Source of the DNA: Eledone cirrhosa
Lineage: Eukaryota
Assembly (NCBI GenBank): GCA_964016885.1
Contig: OZ024744.1
Span: forward strand, 34,410,001-34,474,000
Direction: 5' to 3'
Length of the DNA stretch: 64,000 nt
Shown: positions 42,001 through 55,710 of the stretch, piece by piece
Numbering within the stretch: the first letter of the stretch is position 1
Layout: every line of letters starts with the position of its first letter
The notes under the pieces: model-generated
Database searches by the model: none
The model's input: only the letters and a program-made list of their open reading frames with translations
What the model was told of the DNA's origin: nothing
Position numbers and translations under genes: made by a program

Positions 42001-45000
42001 ATTTTGTGACGCCGACATCACCACTTTACAGTGTGGACTGGGTACCTTTTGTTGTGACGCTGACATGACCACTTTACAGTGTGGGCTGGGTGCCTTTTGT
42101 TGCGACACAGACATGACAACTTTACAGTGTAGAGTGGGTGCCTTTTGTTGTGAGGCCGACATGAACAGTTTACAATGTGGACTGGATGTTTTTTGTTGTG
42201 AGCCTAGTGACCACTTTACAGTGTGGACTGGGTGCCTTTTGTTGTGACGCTGACATGATCACATTACAGTGTGGACTGGGTTCCTTTTGTTGTGAGCCGA
42301 CATGACCACTTTACAGTGTGGACTGGGTGCCTTTTGTTGTGATGCCGACATGACCACTTTACAGTGTGGACTGGGTGCCTTTTGTTGTGATGCCGACATG
42401 AACACTTTACAGTATGGACTGGGTCCTTTTTGTTGTAACGCCGACATGACCACTTTACTGTATGGACTGGGTGCCTTTTGTTGTGACTCCAACATGACCA
42501 ATTTACAGTGTAGGCTGGGTGCCTTATGTTGTGACACCTACATGACCACTTTACAGTGTGGACTGGGTGCCTTTTGTTGTGACGCCGACATGACCAGTTT
42601 AGAGTATGGACTGTGTGCCTTTTTTGTGACGCCAACATGACCACTTTACAGTGTGGACTGGGTGCCTTTTGTTGTGACGCCGACATGACCAGTTTAGAGT
42701 ATGGACTGTGTGCCTTTTTTGTGACGCCGACATGACCACTTTACTGTATGGACTGGGTGCCTTATGTTGTGATTCCGACATGACCACTTTACTGTGTGGG
42801 CTGTGTGCCTTTTGTTGTGACGCCGAGGTGACCACTTTACAGTGTGGGCTGGGTGCCTTTTGTTGTGACGCCGACATAACCAGTTTACAGTGTGGTCTGG
42901 ATGTTTTTTGTTGTGAGCCGACATGACCACTTTACAGTGTGGACTGGGTGCCTTTTGTTGTGACACCTACATGACCACTTTACAGTGTCGAATGGGTGCC
43001 TTTCGTTGTGACGCCGACATGACCACATTACAGTGTGGACTGGGTTCCTTTGGTTGTGACGCCGACATGAACACTTTACAGTCTCGAATGGGTGCCTTTG
43101 GTTGTGACTCCGACATGACCACTTTACAGTGTGGACTGGGTGCCTTTTGTTGTGCGCCGCCATGAACACTTTACAGTGTGGACTGGGTGCCTTTTGTTGT
43201 GACGCCGACATGACCACTTGACAGTATGGACTGGGTGCCTTTTGTTGTAACGCCAACATGACCATTTTACAGTGTGGACTGGGTGCCTTTTCTTGTGACG
43301 CCGACATGACCACTTTACAGTGTGGACTGGGTGCCTTTTCTTGTGACGCCAACATGACCATTTTACAGTGTGGACTGGGTGCCTTTTCTTGTAACGCCAA
43401 CATGACCATTTTACAGTGTGGACTGGGTGCCTTTTCTTGTGACGCCGACATGACCACTTTACAGTGTGGACTGGGTGCCTTTTCTTGTGACGCCGACATG
43501 ACCACTTTACAGTGTGGTCTGGGTGCCTTTTCTTGTGACGCCGACATGACCACTTTACAGTGTGGTCTGGGTGCCTTTTGTTATGAGACCAACAGACAAC
43601 TTTACAGTGTGGCCTTTTGTTGTGTCGCCGACATGACCACTTTACAGTGTGGGCTGGGTGCCTTTTGTTGTGACGCCGACATGACCACTTTACAGTGTGG
43701 ACTGGGTGTTTTTTGTTGTGAGCCGACATGACCAATTTAGAGTGTGGACTGGGTGCCTTTTGTTGCGGCACCGACATGACCACTTTACAGTGTGGACTGG
43801 GTGCTTTTGTTGTGACGCCGACATGACGACTTTACTGTATGGACTGGGTGACTTTTGTTGTGATGCCGACATAACCACTTTACAGTGTGGACTGGATGCC
43901 TTTTGTTGTGACATCGACATGACCACTTTACAGTATGGACTGGGTGCCTTATGTTGTGACTCCGACATGACCACTTCATAGTGTGGACTAGGTGCCTTTT
44001 GTTGTGACGCCGACATTACCACTTTACAGTATGGAGTGGGTGCCTTTTGTTGTGACGCCGATATGACCACTTTACAGTGTGGACTGGGTGCCTTTTGTTG
44101 TGACATCGACATGACCACTTTACTGTATGGACTGTGTGCCTTTTGTTGTGATGCCGACATTACCACTTTACAGTGTGGACTGGGTGCCTTTTGTTTTGAC
44201 ATCGATATGACCACTTTGCAGTGTGGACTGGGTGAATTATTTTGTGACGCCGACATCACCACTTTACAGTATGGACTGGGTGCCTTATGTTGTGACTCCG
44301 ACATGACCACTTTATAGTGTGGACTAGGTGCCTTTTGTTGTGACGCCGACATTACCACTTTACAGTATGGAGTGGGTGCCTTTTGTTGTGACGCCGATAT
44401 GACCACTTTACAGTGTGGACTGGGTGCATTTTGTTATGACGCCCGACATGACCTCTTTACAGTGTGGACTGGGTGCCTTTTGTTGTGACGCCGGCATGAC
44501 CACTTCACAGTGTGGACTGGGTGCCTTTTCTTATGACGCCGACATGACCACTTTACAGTGTGGACTGGGTGCCTTTAGTTGTGACGCCGACATGACTACT
44601 TTACAGTGTGGATTGGGTGCCTTTTGTTGTGACGCCGACATGACCACTTTACAGTGTGGACTGGGTGCCTTTGTTGCGACGACGACATGACCACTTTACA
44701 GTGTGGGCTGGGTTTCTTTTGTTGTGACGTTGACATGACACTTTACAGTGTGGACTGGGTGCCTTTTGTTGTGACGCCGATATGACCACTTTACAGTGTG
44801 GACTGGGTGCCTTTTGTTGTGATGCTGATATGACCACATTACAGTGTGGACTGGGTTCCTTTTGTTGTGAGCCGACATGACCACTTTACAGTGTGGACTG
44901 AGTGTCTTTGTTGCGGCGCCGATATGACCACTTTACAGTGCGGACTGGGTGTCTTTTGTTGTGATGCCGACATGACCACTTTACAGTATGGACTGGGTCC

Positions 45001-46215
45001 TTTTTGTTGTAACGCCGACATGACCACTTTACTGTATGGACTGGGTGCCTTTTGTTGTGACGCCCGACATGACCTCTTTACAGTGTGGACTGGGTGCCTT
45101 TTGTTGTGACGCCGACATGACCACTTTAAAGTGTGGACTGGGTGTTTTGTTGCGCCGCCGACATGACCACTTTACAGTTTGGACTGGGTGCCTTTTGATG
45201 TGACGCCCGACATGACCTCTTTACAGTGTGGTCTGGGTGCCTTTTGTTGTGACGCCGACATGACCACTTTACAGTGTGGTCTGGGTGCCTTTGTTGCGAC
45301 GACGACATGACCACTTTACAGTGTGGAGTGGGTGCCTTATGTTGTGACGTCGACATGACACTTTACAGTGTGGACTGGGTGCCTTTTGTTGTGACGCCGA
45401 CATGACCACTTTACAGTGTGGACTGGGTGCTTTTGTTGTGACGCCGACATTACCACTTTACTGTATGGACTGTGTGCCTTTTGTTGTGATGCCGACATTA
45501 CCACTTTACAGTGTGGACTGGGTGCCTTTTGTTTTGACATCGATATGACCACTTTACAGTGTGGACTGGGTGAATTATTTTGTGACGCCGACATCACCAC
45601 TTTACAGTGTGGACTGGGTGCCTTTTGTTGTGACGCTGACATGACCACTTTACAGTGTGGGCTGGGTGCCTTTTGTTGCGACACAGACATGACAACTTTA
45701 CAGTGTAGAGTGGGTGCCTTTTGTTGTGAGGCCGACATGAACAGTTTACAATGTGGACTGGATGTTTTTTGTTGTGAGCCTAGTGACCACTTTACAGTGT
45801 GGACTGGGTGCCTTTTGTTGTGACGCTGACATGATCACATTACAGTGTGGACTGGGTTCCTTTTGTTGTGAGCCGACATGACCACTTTACAGTGTGGACT
45901 GGGTGCCTTTTGTTGTGATGCCGACATGACCACTTTACAGTGTGGACTGGGTGCCTTTTGTTGTGATGCCGACATGAACACTTTACAGTATGGACTGGGT
46001 CCTTTTTGTTGTAACGCCGACATGACCACTTTACTGTATGGACTGGGTGCCTTTTGTTGTGACTCCAACATGACCAATTTACAGTGTAGGCTGGGTGCCT
46101 TATGTTGTGACACCTACATGACCACTTTACAGTGTGGACTGGGTGCCTTTTGTTGTGACGCCGACATGACCAGTTTAGAGTATGGACTGTGTGCCTTTTT
46201 TGTGACGCCGACATG
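39060..46215. repeat. 3577-bp (~75-mer) tandem higher-order duplication
   Basis: The private variant GTCTCGAATG is at 39504 and 43081. ORF pairs 39346/42923, 39681/43258 and 40838/44415 are offset by 3577, and 41840/45416 by 3576. Confidence 0.92.
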
Positions 46216-49200
46216 ACCACTTTACTGTATGGACTGGGTGCCTTATGTTGTGACTCCGACATGACCACTTTACAGTGTGGGCTGTGTGCCTTTTGTTGTG
46301 ACGCCGAGGTGACCACTTTACAGTGTGGGCTGGGTGCCTTTTGTTGTGACGCCGACATAACCAGTTTACAGTGTGGTCTGGATGTTTTTTGTTGTGAGCC
46401 GACATGACCACTTTACAGTGTGGACTGGGTGCCTTTTGTTGTGACACCTACATGACCACTTTACAGTGTCGAATGGGTGCCTTTGGTTGTGACGCCGACA
46501 TGACCACTTTACAGTGTCGAATGGGTGCCTTTGGTTGTGACGCCGACATGAACACTTTACAGTGTGGACTGGGTGCCTTTTGTTGTGACGCCGCCATGAA
46601 CACTTTACAGTGTCGAATGGGTGCCTTTGGTTGTGACGCCGACATGACCACTTTACAGTGTCGAATGGGTGCCTTTTGTTGTGACTCCGACATGACCACT
46701 TTACAGTGTGGACTGGGTGCCTTTTGTTGTGACGCCCGACATGACCACTTTACAGTGTGGACTGGGTGCCTTTTGTTGTGACGCCGACATGACCTCTTTA
46801 CAGTGTGGGCTGGGTGCCTTTTGTTGTGACGCCCGACATGACCTCTTTACAGTGTGGACTGGGTGCCTTTTGTTGTGACGCCGACATGACCACTTTAAAG
46901 TGTGGACTGGGTGTCTTTGTTGCGGCGCCGACATGACCACTTTACAGTTTGGACTGGGTGCCTTTTGATGTGACGCCCGACATGACCTCTTTACAGTGTG
47001 GTCTGGGTGCCTTTTGTTGTGACGCCGACATGACCACTTTACAGTGTGGACTGTGTGCATTTTGTTATGACGCCGACATGACCACTTTACAGTGTGGATT
47101 GGGTGCCTTTTGTTGTGACGCCGACATGACCACTTTACAGTGTGGACTGGGTGCCTTTGTTGCGACGACGACATGACCACTTTACAGTGTGGAGTGGGTG
47201 CCTTATGTTGTGACGTCGACATGACACTTTACAGTGTGGACTGGGTGCCTTTTGTTGTGACGCCGATATGACCACTTTACAGTGTGGACTGGGTGTCTTT
47301 TGTTGTGACGCCGACATGACCACTTTATAGTGTGGACTGTGTGCCTTTTGTTGTGACACCTACATGACCACTTTAGAGTATGGACTGGGTGTTTTTTGTT
47401 GTGACGCCGACATGACCACTTTACAGTGTGGACTGGGTGCCTTTTGTTGTGAGCCGACATGACTTCTTTACAGTGTGGGCTGGGTGCCTTTTGTTGTGAC
47501 GCCGACATGACCACTTTACAGTTTGGACTGGGTGCCTTTTGTTGTGACGCCGACATGACCACATTACAGTGTGGACTGGGTTCCTTTTGTTGTGACGCCG
47601 ACATGACCACTTTACAGTGTGGACTGGGTGCCTTTGTTGCGGCGCCGATATGACCACTCTACAGTGCGGAATGGGTGCCTTTTTTTGTGATGCCGACATT
47701 ACCACTTTACAGTGTGGACTGGGTGCCTTATGTTGTGACTCCGACATGACCAATTTACAGTGTGGACTGGGTGACTTATGTTGTGACGCCGAGGTGACCA
47801 CTTTACAGTGTGGACTGCGTGCCTTTTTTTGTGACGCCGACATGACCAGTTTACAGTGTGGACTGGATGTTTTTTGTTGTGAGCCGACATGACCACTTTA
47901 CAGTGTGGACTGGGTGCCTTTTGTTGTGACACCTACATGACCACTTTACAGTGTCAAATGGGTGCCTTTGGTTGTGTCGCCGACATGAACACTTTACAGT
48001 GTGGACTGGGTGCCTTTTGTTGTGACGCCGCCATGAACACTTTACAGTGTCGAATGGGTGCCTTTGGTTGTGACTCCGACATGACCACTTTACAGTGTTG
48101 GACTGGGTGCCTTTTGTTGTGCACCGCCATGAACACTTTACAGTGGAGATTGGGTGCCTTTTGTTGTAACGCTGACATGACCACTTTACTGTATGGACTG
48201 GGTGCCTTTTGTTGTGACGCCGACATGACCACTTGACAGTATGGACTGGGTGCCTTTTGTTGTAACGCCAACATGACCACTTTACAGTGTGGACTGGGTG
48301 CCTTTTCTTGTGACGCCGACATGACCACTTTACAGTGTGGTCTGGGTGCCTTTTGTTGTGACACCGACATGACCACTTTAGAGTATGGACTGGGTGCCTT
48401 TTGTTGTGACGCCAATATGACCACCTTACTGTATGGACTGGGTGCCTTATGTTGTGAGGCCGACATAACCACTTTACAGTGTGGGCTGGGTGTCTTTTGT
48501 TGTGAGACCAACGGCCAACTTTACAGTGTGGCCTTTTGTTGTGTCGCCGACATGACCACTTTACAGTGTGGGCTGGGTGCCTTTTTTTGTGACGCCGACA
48601 TGACCACTTTACAGTGTGGACTGGGTGTTTTTTGTTGTGAGCCGACATGACCAATTTAGAGTGTGGACTGGGTGCCTTTTGTTGTGACACCTACATGACC
48701 TCTTTACAGTGCCGAATGGGTGCCTTCTGTTGTGCGCCGCCATGAACACTTTACAGTGTGGACTGGGTGCCTTTTGTTGCGGCACCGACATGACCACTTT
48801 ACAGTGTGGACTGGGTGCTTTTGTTGTGACGCCGACATGACCACTTTACTGTATGGACTGGGTGCCTTTTGTTGTGATGCCGACATGACCACTTTACAGT
48901 GTGGACTGGGTGCCTTTTGTTGTGACACCGACATGACCACTTTACTGCATGGACTGGGTGCCTTTTGTTGTGATGCCGACATGACCACTTTACAGTGTGG
49001 ACTGGGTGCCTTTTGTTGTGACATCGACATGACCACTTTACTGTATGGACTGGGTGCCTTTTGTTGTGATGCCGACATGACCACTTTACAGTGTGGACTG
49101 GGTGCCTTTTGTTGTGACATCGACATGACCACTTTACAGTATGGACTGGGTGCCTTATGTTGTGACTCCGACATGACCACTTTATAGTGTGGACTAGGTG

Positions 49201-52200
49201 CCTTTTGTTGTGACGCCGACATTACCACTTTACAGTATGGAGTGGGTGCCTTTTGTTGTGACGCCGACAGGACCACTTTACAGTGTGGACTGGGTGCATT
49301 TTGTTGTGACGCCCGACATGACCTCTTTACAGTGTGAACTGGGTGCCTTTTGTTGTGACGCCGGCATGACCACTTCACAGTGTGTACTGGGTGCCTTTTC
49401 TTATGACGCCGACATGACCACTTTACAGTGTGGACTGGGTGCCTTTAGTTGTGACGCCGACATGACTACTTTACAGTGTGGACTGGGTTCCTTTTGTTGT
49501 GACGTTGACATGACCACTTTACAGTGTGGACTGGGTGCCTTTTGTTGTGACGCCGATATGACCACTTTACAGTGTGGAATGGGTGCCTTTTGTTGTGACA
49601 TCGACATGACCACTTTACAGTGTAGGCTGGGTGCCTTATGTTGTGACGCCAACATGACCACTTTACAGTGTGGTCTGGGTGCCTTTTTTGTGACGCCGAC
49701 ATGACCACTTTACTGTATGGACTGGGTGCATTGTGTTGTGACTCCGACATGACCAATTTACAGTGTGGGCTGTGTGCCTTTTGTTTTGACGCCGAGGTGA
49801 ACACTTTACAGTGTGGGCTGGGTGCCTTTTGTTGTGACGCCGACATAACCAGTTTACAGTGTGGACTGGATGTTTTTTGTTGTGAGCCGACATGACCAAT
49901 TTACAGTGTGGACTGGGTGCCTTTTGTTGTGACACCTACATGACCACTTTACAGTGTCGAATGGGTGCCTTTGGTTGTGACGCCGACATGACCACTTTAC
50001 AGTGCCGAATGGGTGCCTTTGGTTGTGACGCCGACATGAACACTTTACAGTGTGGACTGGGTGCCTTTTGTTGTAACGCCAACATGACCATTTTACAGTG
50101 TGGACTGGGTGCCTTTTCTTGTGAGACCAACAGACAACTTTACAGTGTGGCCTTTTGTTTTGTCGCCCACATGACCACTTTACAGTGTGGACTGGGTGCC
50201 TTTTGTTGTGACACCTACATGACCACTTTACAGTGTCGAATGGGTGCCTTTGGTTGCGACTCCGACATGACCACTTTACTGTATGGACTGGGTGCCTTTT
50301 GTTGTGACGCCGACATGACAACTTGACAGTATGGACTGGGTGCCTTTTGTTGTAACGCCAACATGACCATTTTACAGTGTGGACTGGGTGCCTTTTCTTG
50401 TGAGACCAACAGACAACTTTACAGTGTGGCCTTTTGTTTTGTCGCCCACATGACCACTTTACAGTGTGGGCTGGGTGCCTTTTGTTGTGACGCCGACATG
50501 ACCACTTTACAGTGTGGACTGGGTGTTTCTTGTTGTGAGCCGACATGACCAATTTAGAGTGTGGACTGGGTGCCTTTTGTTGTGACACCTACATGACCTC
50601 TTTACAGTGCCGAATGGGTGCCTTTTGTTGTGCGCCGCCATGAACACTTTACAGTGTGGACTGGGTGCCTTTTGTTGCGGCACCGACATGACCACTTTAC
50701 AGTGTGGACTGGGTGCTTTTGTTGTGACGCCGACATGACCACTTTACTGTATGGACTGGGTGCCTTTTGTTGTGATGCCGACATAACCACTTTACAGTGT
50801 GGACTGGGTGCCTTTTGTTGTGACATCGACATGACCACTTTACTGTATGGACTGGGTGCCTTTTGTTGTGATGCCGACATGACCACTTTACAGTGTGGAC
50901 TCGGTGCCTTTTGTTGTGACATCGACATGACCACTTTACAGTATGGACTGGGTGCCTTATGTTGTGACTCCGACATGACCACTTTATAGTGTGGACTAGG
51001 TGCCTTTTGTTGTGACGCCGACATTACCACTTTACAGTATGGAGTGGGTGCCTTTTGTTGTGGCGCCGATATGACCACTTTACAGTGTGGACTGGGTGCA
51101 TTTTGTTGTGACGCCCGACATGACCTCTTTACAGTGTGGACTGGGTGCCTTTTGTTGTGACGCCGGCATGACCACTTCACAGTGTGGACTGGGTGCCTTT
51201 TCTTATGACGCCGACATGACCACTTTACAGTGTGGACTGGGTGCCTTTAGTTTTGACGCCGACATGACTACTTTACAGTGTGGATTGGGTGCCTTTTGTT
51301 GTGACGCCGACATGACCACTTTACAGTGTGGACTGGGTGCCTTTTGTTGTGACGTTGACATGACATTTACAGTGTGGACTGGGTGCCTTTTGTTGTGACG
51401 CCGATATGACCACTTTACAGTGTAGACTGGGTGAATTATTTTGTGACGCCGACATCACCACTTTACAGTGTGGACTGTGTGCCTTTTGTTGTGACGCTGA
51501 GATGACCACTTTACAGTGTGGGCTGGGTGCCTTTTGTTGCGACACAGACATGACAACTTTACAGTGTAGAGTGGGTGCCTTTTGTTGTGAGGCCGACATG
51601 ACCAGTTTACAATGTGGACTGGATGTTTTTTGTTGTGAGCCGACATGACCACTTTACAGTGTGGGCTGGGTGCCTTTTGTTGTGACGCCGACATGACCAC
51701 TTTACAGTGTGGACTGGGTGTTTTTTGTTGTGAGCCGACATGACCAATTTAGAGTGTGGACTGGGTGCCTTTTGTTGTGACACCTACATGACCTCTTTAC
51801 AGTGCCGAATGGGTGCCTTTTGTTGTGCGCCGCCATGAACACTTTACAGTGTGGACTGGGTACCTTTTGTTGCGGCACCGACATGACCACTTTACAGTGT
51901 GGACTGGGTGCTTTTGTTGTGACGCCGACATGACCACTTTACTGTATGGACTGGGTGCCTTTTGTTGTGATGCCGACATGACCACTTTACAGTGTGGACT
52001 GGGTGCCTTTTGTTGTGACATCGACATGACCACTTTACTGTATGGACTGTGTGCCTTTTGTTGTGATGCCGACATTACCACTTTACAGTGTGGGCTGGGT
52101 TCCTTTTGTTGTGACGTTGACATGACACTTTACAGTGTTGACTGGGTGCCTTTTGTTGTGACGCCGATATGACCACTTTACAGTGTGGACTGGGTGAATT

Positions 52201-52789
52201 ATTTTGTGACGCCGACATCACCACTTTACAGTGTGGACTGTATGCCTTTTGTAGTGACGCTGACATGACCACTTTACAGTGTGGGCTGGGTGCCTTTTGT
52301 TGCGACACAGACATGACAACTTTACAGTGTAGAGTGGGTGCCTTTTGTTGTGAGGCCGACATGACCAGTTTACAATGTGGACTGGATGTTTTTTGTTGTG
52401 AGCCTACATGACCACTTTACAGTGTGGACTGGGTGCCTTTTGTTGTGACGCTGTCATGACCACATTACAGTGTGGACTGGGTTCCTTTTGTTGTGAGCCG
52501 ACATGACCACTTTACAGTGTGGACTGGGTGGCTTTTGTTGTGACGCCGACATGACCACTTTAAAGTGTGGACTGGGTGTCTTTGTTGCGGTGCCGACATG
52601 ACCACTTTACAGTTTGGACTGGGTGCCTTTTGATGTGACGCCCGACATGACCTCTTTACAGTGTGGACTGTGTGCATTTTGTTATGACGCCGACATGACC
52701 AGTTTACAGTGTGGAGTGGGTGCCTTTTGTTGTGACGCCGACATGACCACTTTACTGTATGGACTGGGTGCCTTTTGTTGTGACGCCGA

Positions 52790-53460
52790 CATGACCACTT
52801 TACAGTGTGGAGTGGGTGCCTTTTGTTGTGACGCTGACATGACCACTTTACAGTGTGGACTGGGTTCCTTTTGTTGTTACGCTGACATGACCACTTTACA
52901 GTGTGGGCTGGGTGCCTTTTGTTGTAACACCGACATGACCACTTTACAGTGTGGACTGGGTGCCTTTTGTTGTGACGTCGACATGACCACTTTACAGTGT
53001 GGACTGTGTGCCTTTTGTTGTGACGCCGACATGACCACTTTACAGTGTGGACTGGGTGCCTTATGTTGTGACGTCGACATGAGACTTTACAGTGTGGACT
53101 GGGTGCCTTTTGTTGTGACGCCGACATGACCACTTTACAGTGTGGAGTGGGTGCCTTTTGTTGTGACGCTGACATGACCACTTTACAGTGTGGACTGGGT
53201 TCCTTTTGTTGTTACGCTGACATGACCACTTTACAGTGTGGGCTGGGTGCCTTTTGTTGTAACACCGACATGACCACTTTACAGTGTGGACTGGGTGCCT
53301 TTTGTTGTGACGTCGACATGACCACTTTACAGTGTGGACTGTGTGCCTTTTGTTGTGACGCCGACATGACCACTTTACAGTGTGGACTGGGTGCCTTATG
53401 TTGTGACGTCGACATGAGACTTTACAGTGTGGACTGGGTGCCTTTTGTTGTGACGCCGAC
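52790..53460. repeat. 335-bp (7-mer) tandem duplication
   Basis: The variant GAGACTTT is at 53081 and 53416. ORFs 52877/53212 are identical. Confidence 0.88.
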
Positions 53461-54369
53461 ATGACCACTTTACAGTGTGGACTGGGTGCCTTTTGCTGTG
53501 AGGCCGACATGACCACTTTACTCTATGGACTGGGTGCCTTATGTTGTGACTCCGACATGACAAATTTACAGTGTGGACTGGGTGTCTTTTGTTGTGACGC
53601 CGATATGACCACTTTACAGTCTGGACTGGGTGCCTTTGTTGCGGCGCCGATATGACCACTTTACAGTGTGGACTGGGTGTCTTTTGTTGTGAGCCGACAT
53701 GACCACTTTACAGTGTGGACTGAGTGTCTTTGTTGCGGCGCCGATATGACCACTCTACAGTGCGGACTGGGTGCCTTTTGTTGTGACATCGACATGACCA
53801 CTTTACAGTGTGGACTGTGTGCCTTTTGTTGTGACGCCCGACATCACCACTTTACAGTGTGGACTGGGTGTTTTTTGTTGTGACGCCGACATGACCACTT
53901 TACAGTATGGACTGGGTGCCTTTTGTTGTGACACGTAGATGACCACTTTACAGTGTGGACTGGGTGCCTTTTGTTGTGACGCCGACATGACCACTTTACA
54001 GTGTGGCCTGGGTGCCTTTTGTTGTGACACTGATATGACGACTTTACAGTATGGACTGGGTGCCTTTTATTGTGACGCCGGCATGACCACTTTACAGTAT
54101 GGACTGGGTGCCTTATGTTGTGACTCCGACATGTCCACTTTACGGTGTGGACTGGGTGCCTTTTGTTGTGACGCTGACATGACCACTTTACAGTGTAGAA
54201 TGGGTGCCTTTGTTGCGACGACGACATGACCACTTTACAGTGTGGAGTGGGTGCCTTATGTTGTGACGTCGACATGACACTTTACAGTGTGGACTGGGTG
54301 CCTTTTTTTGTGACGCCGATATGACCACTTTAGAGTATGGACTGGGTGTTTTTTGTTGTGACGCCGACA

Positions 54370-55710
54370 TGACGACTTTACAGTGTGGACTGGGTGCCTT
54401 TTGTTGTGACGCTGACATGACCACTTTACAGTGTGGACTGGGTGCCTTTTGTTGTGACGCCGACATGACAACTTTACAGTATAGACTGGGTGCCTTTTGC
54501 TGTGAGGCCGACATGACCACTTTATTCTATGGACTGGGTGCCTTATGTTGTGACTCCGACATGACCACTTTACAGTGTGGGCTGTGTGCCTTTTGTTGTG
54601 ACGCCGACATGACCACTTTACAGTGTGGCTTGGGTGTCTTTTGTTGTGACGCCAACATGACCATTTTACAGTGTGGACTGGGTGCCTTTTGTTTTGACGC
54701 CGACATGACCAGTTTACAATGTGGACTGGGTGCCTTATGTTGTGATGCCGACATGACCACTTTACAGTGTGGACTGTTTGCCTTTTGTTGTGACGCCGAC
54801 ATGACCACTTTACAGTATGGACTGGGTGCCTTTGTTGCGGCGCCGATATGACCACTTTACAGTGCGGAATGGGTGCCTTTTGATGTGATGCCGACATGAC
54901 CACTTTACAGTGTGGACTGGGTGCCTTATGTTGTGACTCCGACATGACCACTTTACAGTGTGGACTGTTTGCCTTTTGTTGTGACTCCGACATGACCACT
55001 TTACAGTATGGACTGGGTGCCTTTTGTTGTGACGCCGACATGACCACTTTACAGTGTGGACTGGGTGCCTTTTGTTGTGACGCTGACATGACCAATTTAC
55101 AGTGTGGACTGGGTGCCTTTTGTTGTGACGCCGACATGACAACTTTACAGTATAGACTGGGTGCCTTTTGCTGTGAGGCCGACATGACCACTTTATTCTA
55201 TGGACTGGGTGCCTTATGTTGTGACTCCGACATGACCACTTTACAGTGTGGGCTGTGTGCCTTTTGTTGTGACGCCGACATGACCACTTTACAGTGTGGC
55301 TTGGGTGTCTTTTGTTGTGACGCCAACATGACCATTTTACAGTGTGGACTGGGTGCCTTTTGTTTTGACGCCGACATGACCAGTTTACAATGTGGACTGG
55401 GTGCCTTATGTTGTGATGCCGACATGACCACTTTACAGTGTGGACTGTTTGCCTTTTGTTGTGACGCCGACATGACCACTTTACAGTATGGACTGGGTGC
55501 CTTTGTTGCGGCGCCGATATGACCACTTTACAGTGCGGAATGGGTGCCTTTTGATGTGATGCCGACATGACCACTTTACAGTGTGGACTGGGTGCCTTAT
55601 GTTGTGACTCCGACATGACCACTTTACAGTGTGGACTGTTTGCCTTTTGTTCTGACGCCGACATGACCACTTTACAGTATGGACTGGGTGCCTTTTGTTG
55701 TGACGCCGGC
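54370..55710. repeat. 671-bp (14-mer) tandem duplication
   Basis: The variant TTTATTCTAT is at 54521 and 55192. ORFs 54527/55198 are identical. Confidence 0.88.
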
